A DNA stretch of 64,000 nucleotides from Paraspadella gotoi (Eukaryota > Animalia > Chaetognatha), in the NCBI GenBank assembly GCA_051294375.1, contig CM119270.1, positions 13,611,833-13,675,832 of the forward strand, read 5' to 3'. Under the pieces are notes generated by a model, which did no database searches, was not told where the DNA came from, and saw only the letters and a list, made by a program, of their open reading frames with translations. Of this stretch, positions 1 to 15,505 are shown in pieces; the first letter of the stretch is position 1, and each line of letters begins with the position of its first letter. The position numbers and the translations under genes were made by a program.

Positions 1-3000
1 CTCGAAGGCGGCTTCGTTGGAGGAGATGATGCTCAACTCGGACGCCAAATCCATTCGGAGTCTCGAGGAACCGGAGGTGCTTTCTCTGCTGCCGGACTTT
101 CGCGACAAGGACGTCGTCGAACTCGCCTGCGGAATCGGGTGAGTCAAGATTTTTTCAACGGGGAAAGGTTAGATGTTTGTAATATTTATAATATTGTCGC
201 ATGTTGACATACGTATACATAAATTAACTTTGGGGCAGAAGATGTTAACCTACTGATGATCGTTTATATTAATTAACCTTGAGTCAGGTGTTAATATTTG
301 TTATATTTGAATTTAACAATTAAAAATTTAACAATTTTAACACTAATCGATTTTCTCCCGTAAACTTTCATTGTTCGTGGCAGAGGTTAATCTCTTTTCG
401 GTCGGTCTGGGCATCTGACGTTAAAATATATATATAATACTGAATCATTTTATTTATACATTTTCAAGTACAGTAAAACTTTATGAGCCATTTTTAATCT
501 CTTCTAATTATATTATGATAATTACCTTTAAAACCAATCTTATAAATAAAAAATCAACGCGTAATAATTTGGAATTAACTTTCGATATTCTCCTAAGCGA
601 TCACTTTCGTAAAATCACCAATTCTGAGAGTGATTTCACTCTCAGAATGTCTGACTAAAAGTTTTCAGAATGACGCCAACACAAGTATCGCATCTTCACA
701 TTTCATCACTACTCAACGCGACTTTAACAAGAACTTTAAAACGTCAGGCGTTTCACGAGTCACTTGGCCCAATCGGCCAAATCTCTCATCGCTGTGGACT
801 TCATGGAAAACTTCATCCAGAAAAACGAAGAGGAGAAGCCCACTTCGGGAACATCAAGTTCCTGCAGGCGGACGTGTTGGCGATGGAGTTGGAGGACGAA
901 TGGTGAAGAAAGGGAGGAGAGGGGGGGCGAAAGCGAGGGGAGGGGGCGGAGGAGAAAAGAGGTAAGTAGAGAAGATAAGTAATGGCGAGTCAAATGTGTG
1001 CGTGGAATAAGCGAGAATAAGATTGAAGGAAAGATAAGAATTTCTACGTATAGCATTTAAAATAAAAACCATCATTTTCCATCTCACAGCGTGGACTTAA
1101 TATTCAGCACTGGATATTGATGTATTTGAGCGACGACGAAGTTTTGTCTCTGCTCAGAAAATGCCTGCAATGGCTGCGTCCGGGCGGATATTTATTTTTT
1201 CGCGAATCTTGCTTCAGGTTTGATTTCAAGTTTAAACTTAGCAAATACAATTTGCTATTCGTAGTTATTTTAGCGTGATATTTTTATATTTTGTAATCAA
1301 TTAATGGTTTATACATAATAAAAAATGACATTATTGGCAGAAAATCAGGGAATCACGGAAACGACGAAAACCCGACGTTTTATCGAAACCTTCTGACTAC
1401 TGTCAAATGTTAAATTACGTGAAAAATGAGCGTGATCAAAACTATGAGCAATACAAGTTTATTGTTTCGAAAATCTCTCGGAAGTTACATTAAGGTATGT
1501 GCTGAAATGAAAAAAAAATTGCATTAGCAAAACAATTTTGCTAATTGCAGCTGAAACGAAATCCCGGACAAGTTATCTGGCTGGCCCGAAAGAGCTCGCG
1601 GGAAAGCAGGATTCACGGCGCTTCGAACTTTTCAAGAATTTCTTGATAATTCCCAATATTCTTTGAACGGAATATTAAGATACGAAAAAATCTTTGACCC
1701 AGGTAAAAAGATTTAGCTCACAACACAATGAAAACAAAAAATAATTATTTATCGCTGGATAAAAAGTCTTTGATACCGTTACCCTACCAAGGCTTCGTCT
1801 CGACCGGCGGNNNNNNNNNNNNNNNNNNNNNNNNNNNNNNNNNNNNNNNNNNNNNNNNNNNNNNNNNNNNNNNNNNNNNNNNNNNNNNNNNNNNNNNNNN
1901 NNNNNNNNNNNNNNNNNNNNNNNNNNNNNNNNNNNNNNNNNNNNNNNNNNNNNNNNNNNNNNNNNNNNNNAAAAAATAATTATTTACCGCGGATAAACAG
2001 TCTCTGATAACCGTTACCCACCAAGCGTTCGTCTCGACCGGCCGGGTTACCAACGACACACAAACTTTCGTTCCAATTAAATCTGCCAAGAAAATCAAAT
2101 CGTTTTGGACGTCCTGGTTTGCGGCATTGGCGGTGGCAACTTTTACATGGCAAAGGTTCTTTGACAGGAGTACATGACTATTTTAATCGTTCTATTAGAG
2201 TTTGACACTTAGATGCCCGTTACCGGTGATCGGCGCTAATGAACTAAAGTCGTATTTGAATCAGAAAATTAAATAATGCAACGCGCATCGGTGGTTCAGT
2301 GGTAGAATGCTCGCCTGCCACGCGGGCGGCCCGGGTTCGATTCCCGGCCGATGCAAAAACGTTCTTTATTAGTTTTATAGACGGACAAATTTTTATTTTA
2401 AGAAATACGGCGTTCGTGTTCATGGAGTCGATCTTTCTGCGAATATGGTGTCTTTGGCAATGGNNNNNNNNNNNNNNNNNNNNNNNNNAACGACAAAGTG
2501 GCTCAAGCTTGCTCAACAGCGGGAGACAAGTCGGCTGCCAAGGCAAGCCAAAGAAATTTCAGTAATTTGTACACTTCAAAAATTTATATATTAGGTTTTC
2601 TTTTAGTGTATATCCTTTCGTTTCGTTGCGTAGGAATTAGCAACCAAAAAAAAGAGAATTTGATTTGCAACTACCGATTTGTTCGTATTTAATATCTATA
2701 TAATAAACTAATATGTCGAAACATGTCCGTTCATAAATAAAACAAATCGTTGTTGGAATATCAAATTCGGTTTTTTTTTTGACTAGGTTCTCTTTGAAAT
2801 AAGCGACATCATCGGATGCTAATTAAAAAAAAACTACGCTTTTTGACGTAAATATACAGCGAGATAACAGATCTCCACATTAAGGTAATATTGAAATAGT
2901 TATATATACGCCCGCACTATTTATTTTGACATGACCACTCGCAATACAAAGCTTTACTTGATTTCGAATGTCTCCAACCAAATAGATAAGGAAAGGCTCT

Positions 3001-3876
3001 TTCTAAGTTTTTTCCAATGCGAACCAGAGCCGGAGGAAATCTGTCATCTCCGTATATCTGTGCGGAAAAGAGGATGAGAACATGACTTGAGTCGAGAATA
3101 TTCACCAAAAATGTGAAGCAGAGGATACACCTTCACACCGAATCAAAAATTATGTGCAAGTCGGGCCTGAGATGCAGCGCACTTTATGAGGGGCCGCGAA
3201 ACCGTAGTTAATTGGAGACCGGTTTTGTTCTCTAATCTTCTTCATATGTAAATTTATCTGAGCTTGTCTTGAATGTGTTTGAATAGGTTTCCAAAATTTC
3301 GCCAGTAGCATGTTTCTGAATCTGATGATCAGTAGTCGGATCCGTGAATGGTTGAATGGTGAATCTATTTAAATTTCCTTCGTGTTAAAACTCACATTTT
3401 TTACAATTTATTTATCATAGAGATAAAAAGTATATCAATTCACTTTTAATTATGTAAAGACATAATTCTTTATTATAATCAATTTAGTTGTTGAGAAGTG
3501 TGGCTTCACTCCTGCGTGGAAGGCACAAGCGGACTATGTATCTCGTCCAAATGTGCGAAGAGAAATAAAACAAGATCGAGCCTCAACAGCAAGAGTTCAT
3601 TGAGTGATTTCAAAACTAGAAACGAGGAAAATTTCCTTCATCAGTCAATTTTAAAATTAAATATACCTCGAGAAAAAAAAATGTTTAGGTATATTACGCG
3701 AAGAAAAGAACTATAAAGATAAGACGTTCATAACCAATACATATTTAACCAACCCGTTCACGGAATTCAGCCAAAAGACTACGACGACCTCGCCGTGGGT
3801 CGTGATGGCGCGGAAAAAATAAGCCTGTCGTCAAAAAAGACCAGAGATGGGCCTTGTTCGTCGCCGTCAAGCGTAA
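1..3876 (+). CDS. PMT: Phosphoethanolamine N-methyltransferase (two SAM-MTase domains), copy 1; multi-exon, 5'-truncated by the window edge, many indels and gaps
   Basis: Exon translations (with frameshift correction) give [87 protein letters not shown] and a terminal EFSQ.DYDD..WALF exon; all typical of PEAMT. Near-identical to 8410-12030. Confidence 0.8.
2285..2355 (+). tRNA. tRNA-Gly(GCC), intronic in PMT copy 1
   Basis: GCATCGGTGGTTCAGTGGTAGAATGCTCGCCTGCCACGCGGGCGGCCCGGGTTCGATTCCCGGCCGATGCA: 71 nt, full cloverleaf, anticodon GCC, A and B boxes intact. Confidence 0.97.
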
Positions 3877-5599
3877 GTAAAGTCGCCAATCGAAAGGAGA
3901 ATAATTGCGATAATTGGGTGCCCTATTCATTTTTAAAAAATCATTTACACGTTTTTGAATATTTGTTTTTTGTGATCCGTATTCTGCTGTTACGCAATGA
4001 AAGTCAATGCATAAATTTCTATGGATTCGCCATTTGTGATTTCCGAAAATTCATTTTTGGCCAAAGAAGTTTACAAAATTTACCGCTTACGTAGCTAAGT
4101 GAGGAAAACCTTCCTAAAGTGTTAACTAAGTATTTCGTTAATTTATAAAATTTAGCAAGGTAATTATGGTTGCGTAATTCCGCAATCTACTTTACTTAGC
4201 GTGATATGTGCAAGCAAAGAAATTTAGTAATTTGCCTCAAAATTATTATTATAGTGTATATCTTTTCGTTTCGTTGTGTAGGGTGATTAGCAACAAAAAA
4301 AAANNNNNNNNNNNNNNNNNNNNNNNNNGCAGAATGCGAAAAGGAAAAGAAAAAACTGGCAAGGGGGAGGGAGATGAGAAGGGGGGGGGGCGTGAGGGGA
4401 TACATTTTTTGTGAAAGAGAGAAAGAGGGGAGAAGTGACTAATCGAGCGGAGGAAAAAAAACAGTCGGGTCGGGGTTAAAAAAACCCAGTACGATAAATT
4501 TTTATGGTACTGGACGGACGAGAAAATGCGGTTCTCTCTCCTCTCGTCTCTCTCTCTCTCTCTCTCCTCCTCTACTCTTCTCTCTCTCTCTCGTCTCTCT
4601 CTCTCTCTCATCATATTTCGATGGAAGAGAAATGGACTGGAGGGAAGGAACGAGTCGATGGGAGAATTAACGACTCCACGAAACGATAAATAACCGGAAC
4701 GATTCAAGAGGGGAAAAATGTGGCGGAAAATAACAGGGAAATGGATGGGATAATTTTAATCGACGGAGAGTGGATGTATTGGGTTGATAAAATACAGGGT
4801 ACACTGTTTTTTTTTAACCATGCTCCGAAAATTTTCACAATCCTGTTACAGTTTCTAGTATAATTTTAAGTGCTTAAAACGATTAACAAGGTGTCGTCAA
4901 TCAGATTTTGCATTAACCTACGCACAAATTTACCGGAAGTGGCCAGTTGGACTACATATGAATATTTTATTTTTCCTTCAAATGAAAAGTTTGGCAGTAG
5001 TTTTTTACTTCGCCTGAAATTAGTATAATATTTAATAAGTAGTACTGAGAACAATAAAAATGTTCAGAAAGGGTTTTCATCAATTGTGGCTGTCAAACCG
5101 AAATAGTGCTCGATAATCAATTAAATATGTATATTTAAATAGTTTTTGATCTACCAGACTGCTAATGGTTTTTTATTGTTATATGACAGCTTTATCACAA
5201 GGATTATCAACCATATCATAAAAAGTCCTATATATTTATATTATTACAATCTTAAAAAGATTTTTTTATAGCCAAATGACTTTTAACTTTAACTGTAAAT
5301 ATTCAAAATTTTCATTTCAATTTTTAAAAATTTCAATGTGATGACTTTGCTAATTTTAACAATTCCTAGTTTGAATTTTTAATACACCTTTACTAATTTA
5401 AAATTTTTTTCATCAGTAATATTTTTACTGGTAAACCCATTTTTTATCAAAAAAACTAATAGTCGGAAGTTAGACCCTTTTTTCATAAAAAAGTTTATGT
5501 AAATCTTAATAGGAATACCCTATTTTTATGTTATTTTTCCAGTGGAAGGAGAAGAGAAACAATATCCATTGCATCAAAAAGTTAATCAGATTTATAAAT

Positions 5600-5907
5600 T
5601 TTTCTTTTTATTTTCCCTTATTGTGGTATTCCCTTTCGTTTCGGTTGTGTTTGGTATTATAGCAAAAACAAATTTAGATTTGTACTACAAAAATTTTATT
5701 TAATAGAAACAGACATGTTTCGACTCTTAATCAAGTCTTCATCAAAATTTTTGCAAAGTAAATGTGTGAGATTAGAGAGAGATAGAGAGTTAAAGTTTCT
5801 AACAAAAGTGGTGAGACAGAATAGTGGTCAGAGGTGGAGGACAGATGAAGCAAGTACAGATTGAGTGAGTTTTTGAAAAGAAGTGAAATGGGTCAAACAG
5901 AGAGGAG

Positions 5908-5943
<36 letters not shown>

Positions 5944-6440
5944 AGTAATATGATACATTTTTTTTTCCTTAAAAAACCTTTAATCCAGCAATAAAAAAAT
6001 TCTCATTTATACCATTATGTGAAATCCTTTCTTTCGTCGCGTTTTTGAATTAGAAAGAGTTTGAAGTAGTTCAAGCAACGATTTTTCTTTAACAATGAAA
6101 ATGTTTTTTTCAAATATCTAACTCTCTCTCTCTGGCCTAAACCTAAACCTTTCTTCACCTCGACCTCTATCCTTTTCATCAAATCTTTGTTTAAAATTTT
6201 TCTCTCTCTCCTTTCTCTCTCATTTTCTCTCTCTCTCTTCCTTACTCTCAACTAATTCTCATCTCATCTCACCTTTCTCTCCTACTCCTCCCAAATATTT
6301 CTTGTGAAGTATAAAACTCGTTGACAATTCATAAATGCGGATAGAAGACTTTAATTAAAGGTTGATAGGTTCATAGTAAATTTACAAGTTCATATTTTAT
6401 CTACTTTCATGCTAATATTTTTATTCTTATGAACAAATCA
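5600..6440. mobile_element. Degenerate Penelope-like element remnant: two divergently oriented partial copies with (AG/TC)n tracts
   Basis: The left part read on - carries a hammerhead-like core followed by an AATAAA tail homologous to 10770-10866. The right part (6120-6440, +) resembles 32330-32430 and 14660-14750. Confidence 0.5.
5712..5745 (-). ncRNA. Minimal hammerhead ribozyme-like motif (Penelope type), C3->U variant
   Basis: Minus strand TTGATGA-A-GACT..AGTC-GAAAC-AT-GTC: core, stem II and a short palindromic stem III. Confidence 0.55.
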
Positions 6441-8365
6441 TTTTCAAGGCAGTTCTTTTGTATCTTTGCCTTCTCTTTCTTACTCTCTCTCTCTCTCTAG
6501 CCTGACTTTTTCTGGAACAATTTACTTTTACTCTGGGGACGCCTTTAAAAATGATTAGTTCATAAGAATCAAAATGTTTGCAAAAAAGTAAGAGAAAATT
6601 ATACTTATAATTTCCACCACGAATTGCGGAAAAATACTAAATATTTTTTTATTCCTTGTCAAAAATATAGACGCTGGTCCCTGATTTGTCGTTCCAAATT
6701 AACAAACTAAATTCCCTATTTTCACGATAAGAATCACAATTCTAATCAGCAGAGTCGGAACTTAAACCTTTTGAACCTCAGAAAACAGATTAACGCCCGG
6801 TCGGTATACTCTCTTCTATACCACTGAGGGCCCTCTCTCAGTTGTGTGCAAATCACCCTTTTTTTTTAAAAATTATTTTAATCCAAAATTCGTTTTTTTG
6901 CTGAAATTTATTAAAACGATTTTGTTGTTTCCGTATTTATGGGCAAGAAAGAAAACGTGGTAAGAATCACTTGGACAATTATAATAAAATGTTTGATGGA
7001 TAATTATAATGAACTGGAAAAGAATTTTCGTTGAAAAATGGGAGATTTCATTCATCTCTTTTATACCTTCACCGATCTTCGGCTCCTTATCCACCCATCC
7101 TATAATGAATAGGAAAAGCGATTCTGAACGACCATCAAGAATACGATGATAAAGTTAAAAGTCACATATTAAATATTCAATTATAACTATTATAAAGATT
7201 AGGTTCTTGTTCTAAATAGAGATCAAAACTTTCGCGTAAATAAAATTTAACTCAAAACAATAACCTCTTTTTAGTCTTTAGCTTCTGATGGGCCACAACA
7301 GTTTTTTTTTAATCCAACGACCTAAAAAGAGATTTGCCGTGTCTCAACAAGAATAGACGTTCACATTACCGGGAGAATCCGTTCAACTAATTAGCGATCA
7401 TTCTAAAAATCATTAAAAATTATTTTGAAAATAATTAATAATAGTAATTTGCGTTAAAATTTAAGAAATGCCTCTTGTTTGGCCGGAGATCTCGAGCTTG
7501 GAAAATCTGTAAGGTTAAATCCTAGTACTCTCTCCTTTCTCTCTCTCTCTCTCTTATTTGTTGATTTTTCTCTGTTTACTGCCATTTCATGGATGAAGTA
7601 AAAATGTAATGTTAAATAACCTAACAAAACGGTATGGTAGAGTGATATTCAAAAAATATTTTGTTTGTTGCAGATACACACCTTTGGTATAGACAAATAT
7701 AATTTGAATAATTTGAATAGACAAAATATAATTTTTTCGTTGTAAAACACCAACTGACAACCAACACTCACTAATGAAAATAGAAAAATTATCAGAGATA
7801 TTAGTTAAACAATGTAATTTTCCACATAACTCAATTTTATTATTAACGTACCCGTACCTGCGAGAGATTAAATTTCAAAGATGTAATCCTTCATACACAT
7901 TTTTGTCACATTTAATGTTGTTGAAATGAGTACGACAGAAAATCAGTCGTGAAAATATGCGTCGTCAAAAACAAGTCTTGACAGGAGCAGCAGCTACGAC
8001 AACGGTAATGCGTAATAAATGATGATATAATAAATCCATTTAAATATATGCCGAAAAGAAAAAAAGGATTACTTTTTATTTATGTATTGTAGCAGCTTTC
8101 GAAGAGAGGAAACCTAAAAAATGGGTACCCACTACCCACTGCCCAGTGGCAAGAGTTGAGAAGTTTTTCGTCGCTCAGTTGAGACCTAGTCTAGATTAAG
8201 GCTAGAACCCGGGGTCTCGTGGTTTCGGAAGATAAAGTATCAGCCCGCCGCAAGGAAGCAGAGTCGTTGTCAAAACGCTGCATTTCGGCTCGAATGTCGC
8301 ATCCGGTCATTCTCAGTGCGCTCAATGACTGAGTATTTCCTTTCCCTGTACCATATCTCTTTCAG

Positions 8366-11300
8366 AAGTGCGGCGTGAAATGCAGAGCTTCTGGAGCAGA
8401 AGCACTGCGAAGGCGGCTTCGTTGGAGGAGAATGAGATGCTCAACTCGGAACGCCAAATCCATTCGGAGTCTCGAGGAACCGGAGGTGCTTTCTCTGCTG
8501 CCGGACTTTCGCGACAAGAGGACGTGCGTCGAACTCGCTGCGGAATCGGTTGAGTCAAAGATTTTTTCAACGGGGAAAGGTTAGATGTTTTGTAATATTT
8601 TAATATTGTCGCATGTTACATACCGTATACATAAATTAACTTTGGGGCAGAAGATGTTTAACCCTACTCGATGATCGTTTATATATAATTAACCTTGAGT
8701 CAGGTGTTAATATTTGTTATATTGAATTTAACAATTAAAAATTTACAATTAACAATTTTAACACTAATCGATTTTCTCCCGTAAACTTTCATTGTTCGTG
8801 GCAGAGGTTAATCTCTTTTCGGTCGATCTGGGCATCTGACGTTAAAATATATATATAATACTGAATCATTTTATTGTATCACATTTTCAAGTACAGTAAA
8901 ACTTTAATGAGCCTTTTTAATCTCTTCTAATTATATTATGATAATTACCTTTAAAACCAATCTTATAAAAATAAAATATCAACGCGTAATAATTTGGAAT
9001 TAACTTCGATATCTTCCTAGCGATCACTTTCGTAAAATCACCAATTCTGAGAGAGTGATTTCACTCTCAGAATTCTGACTAAAAGTTTTCAGAATGACGC
9101 CAACACAAGTATCGCATCTTCACATTTCATCACTACTCAACGCGACTTTAACAAGAAACTTTAAAACGTCAGGCGTTTCACGAGTCACTTGGCCCAATCG
9201 CCAAATCTCTCATCGCTGTGAAACTTCATGGGAAAATTCCAAAATCCAGAAAAACGAAGAGGAGAACGCCACTTCGGGAACATCAAGTTCCTGCAGGCGG
9301 ACGTGTTGGCGATGGAGTTGGAGGAGCGATATGGTGAAGAAGGGGAGGGAGAGGGGGGGGCGAAGGGGAGCGAGGGCAGGGGGGCGAGGGAGAAAAGAGG
9401 TGAAGTATGAGAGAGAATAAGTAATGGCGAGTCAAATGTGGTCTGGAATAAGCGAGAATAAGAGTTGAAAGGCAAAATAAGAATTTTCTACGTATAGCAT
9501 TTAAAATAAAAACCATCATTTTCCATCTCACAGCGTGGACTTAATATTCAGCAACTGGATATTGATGTATTTGAGCGACGACGAAGTTTTGTCTCTGCTC
9601 AGAAAATGCCTGCCAATGGCTGCGTCCGGGCGGATATTTATTTTTTTCGGCGAATCGTTGCTTCAGGTTTGATTTCAAGTTTTAAACTTAGCAAATACAA
9701 TTTGCTATAATCGTAAGTTATTTTAGCTTGATATTTTTTATTTTGTAATCATATTATAATAATTTATATACATATATAAAAAATGACAATTATTGGCCAG
9801 AAAATCAGGGAAACAAGGAAACGACGAAAACCCGACATTTTTATCGAAAACCTTCTGACTACTGTCAAATGTTAAAATTACGTGGAAAATGAGCGTGATC
9901 AAAACTATGAGCAATACAAGTTTATTGTTTCGAAATCTCTCGGAAGTTACATTAAGGTATGTCTGAAATGAAAAAAAAATTGCATTAGCAAACAATTTTG
10001 CTAATTGCAGCTGAAACGAAATCCGGACAAGTTATCTGGCTGGCCCAGAAAGAGCTCGCGAAAGCAGGATTTTCACGCTTCGGAACTTTTCAAGAATTTC
10101 TTGATAATTCCCAATATTCTTGAACGGAATATAAGATACGAAAAAATCTTTGACCCAGGTAAAAGATTTAGCTCACAACACAATGAAAACAAAAAATAAT
10201 TATTTATCGCTGGATAAAAAGTCTTTGATACCGTTACCCTCCACCAAGGCTTTCGTCTCGACCGGCGGGTTTACAACGACACAAACTTTCGTCTCCCAAA
10301 TTAATCTGCAAGAAAATCAAATCGTTTTGGACGTCGGTTGCGGCATTGGCGGTGGCAACTTTTACATGGCAAAGGTTCTTTGACAGGAGTAATGACTATT
10401 TCTAATTCGTCTATTAAGAGTTGACACGTTAGTGCCGTTACCGGTGATCGGCGCTAATGAACTAAAGTCGTATTGAATCAGAAAATGTATAATGCAACGC
10501 GCATCGGTGGTTCAGTGGTAGAATGCTCGCCTGCCACGCGGGCGGCCCGGGTTCGATTCCCGGCCGATGCAAAACGTTCTTTATTAGTTTTATAGACGGA
10601 CAAAATTTTTTTTTAAGAAATACGGCGTTCGTGTTCAGGAGTCGATCTTTCTGCGAATATGGTGTCTTTGGCAATGGAACGACAAATGCAAGCTTTGCAA
10701 CAGGGGGACAAGTCGCTGCCAAGGCAAGCAAAGAAATTTAGTAATTTGCCTCAAAAATTATTATTTCTTTATTATAGTGTATATCTTTCGTTTCGTTGTG
10801 TAGGGTGATTAGCAACAAAAAAAAAAGAATTTGATATTCAACACGATTTGTTTGTTTATGAACGGAAAAACAAAGTCGAAACATGTCCGTTCATAAATAA
10901 ACAAATCGTTGTTGAATATCAAATTCTTTTTTTTTTTTGCTAGGTTCTCTTTGAAAATAAGCGACATCATGGATGCTAATTTAAAAAAAAAACGCTTTTG
11001 ACGTAATATACAGCCGAGATACAATTCTCCACATAAAAGGTAATATGAAATAGTTAATAATATACGCCGCACTATTTATTTTGACATGACCAATTCCGGC
11101 AATACAAGCCTTTACTGATTTTCGAATGTCTCCAAACCAAATAGGATAAGGAAAGGCTCTTTCTCAAGTTTTTCCAATGGACCAAGCCCGGAGGAAAGTT
11201 GCTCATCTCCGATTACTGTTGCGGAAAGAGGAGAGAAAAGAGTGGAGCCGAGGAATTCACCAAATATGTGAAGAGAGGGGGATACCACCTTCACACGATC

Positions 11301-12030
11301 GAAAATTATGGCAAGGTGGGCCTGGAGATTGCGCGCACTTTTAATTTGAGGTGGCGCGTAAACCGTAGTTAATTGGAGACCTGTTTGGTTCTGCATAATC
11401 TTCTTCATATTTGTAAATTTATACTTTGTTGTCTTGAATGTTTGAATATTTCCAAAATTTCAGTTAGCATTTTGAATCTATGATTCAGAGTCGGATCGTG
11501 AATGGTTGAATGGTGAATCTATTTAAATTCCTTCGTAAAAACACACATTTTTTACAATTTATTTATCATAGAGATAAAAAGTATAATCAATTCACTTTAA
11601 ATTATGTAAAGACATAAATCTTTATTATATCAATTAGTTGTTGGAGAAGTGTGGCTTCACCCTGATGGAAGCAACGGACGTGACTGGTTATCTCGTCCAA
11701 ATGTGCGAAGAGGAAATAAACAAGATCGAGCCTCAAGCAGCAAGAGTTCATTGGAGATTCAAACTAGAAACAGGAATAATTATTCTTCGTAGCAGTCAAT
11801 TTTAAAAATACAATATACCTCGAGAAAAAAAAAGTGTTTAGGTAATTACAGCGAAAGAAAAGAACTATAAAAGAATAAGACGTTCATAAAGCCATAACAT
11901 ATTTATACCAACCCGTTCAGGAATTCAGCCAAAAGGACTACGACGACTCCGTGGTCGGATGGCGGGAAAAAATAAGTCGCTGTCGTCAAAAGACCAGAGA
12001 TGGGCCTTGTTCGTCGCGCCAGAGCCGTAG
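8366..12030 (+). CDS. PMT: Phosphoethanolamine N-methyltransferase (two-domain), copy 2; ~12 exons, possible first exon near 7926-8004
   Basis: Exons: [21 protein letters not shown]; [17 protein letters not shown]; [18 protein letters not shown]; [24 protein letters not shown]; [20 protein letters not shown]; [17 protein letters not shown]; [11 protein letters not shown]; [24 protein letters not shown], stop near 12030. GT-AG boundaries visible; frameshifts look like sequencing indels. Confidence 0.88.
10501..10571 (+). tRNA. tRNA-Gly(GCC), intronic in PMT copy 2
   Basis: Identical 71-nt cloverleaf to 2285-2355; lies in the intron between the ..NFYMAK and KYGVRV.. exons. Confidence 0.97.
10810..10942. 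repeat. Inverted repeat with ~57-bp arms in a PMT intron (Penelope-tail derived)
   Basis: 10810-10866 is nearly the exact reverse complement of 10886-10942; GTCGAAACATGTC (3' half of the hammerhead motif) spans the spacer and arm start at 10875-10887. Confidence 0.85.
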
Positions 12031-12638
12031 TAGAAGTCGCCAATCGGAAAGGATGAATAATTGCGATAATTGGGTGCCTATTCATTTAAAAAAAAATTAC
12101 ACTGTTTTTGAATATTTGTTTTTTGATCCGTTATTCTGCTGTTAGCAATGAAAGTCAATGATAAAATTTCTATGATTCGCATTTTATTCCGAAAATTATT
12201 TTTGGCCAAGAAGTTTACCAAAATTTACTCGCTACGTAGCTAAGTGAGGGAAAACTTCCTAAAGTTTAACTAATATTCGTTAATTTTATAAAATTTAGCA
12301 AAAGGTAATTTTATGGTGCGTTCACGCCATACTACTTTACTTATTAGGAATATGTTGCGAGGTCATGTTTACAAGACAAAGCTGCTTTGAAGCAAACACA
12401 CCCTTATTGGAATGAGAATAAATTATCATTTTCTTTACAAATTAAGCTATGAGAATTTTTTAGCCAGTCATGCCCAATTTAGTAGAAACAGCAGTCGACC
12501 AGTACAATCACAGTCATACGTAAGGGAGAGATCAATTAGTCATGTAAGAAGTCGGAAGAATATTTACTTTTCTTCTAAACTACCTAACCCTTAAAGCGTG
12601 GGTGGTGGGATAGGCGAGGGATGTGGTGGAGGGTAGGG

Positions 12639-15505
<2,867 letters not shown>

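Noticed and set aside
6765-6835. tRNA/SINE head on the minus strand (TGGTATAG..GGTTCAAA)
   Set aside because: Boxes too degenerate, no cloverleaf and no second copy in the window.
1-12340. PMT pseudogenes or true paralogues
   Set aside because: Frameshifts differ between copies and cluster in homopolymers, as in Cav1. Gap-adjacent re-reads (1971-2040, 4211-4303) point to assembly error.
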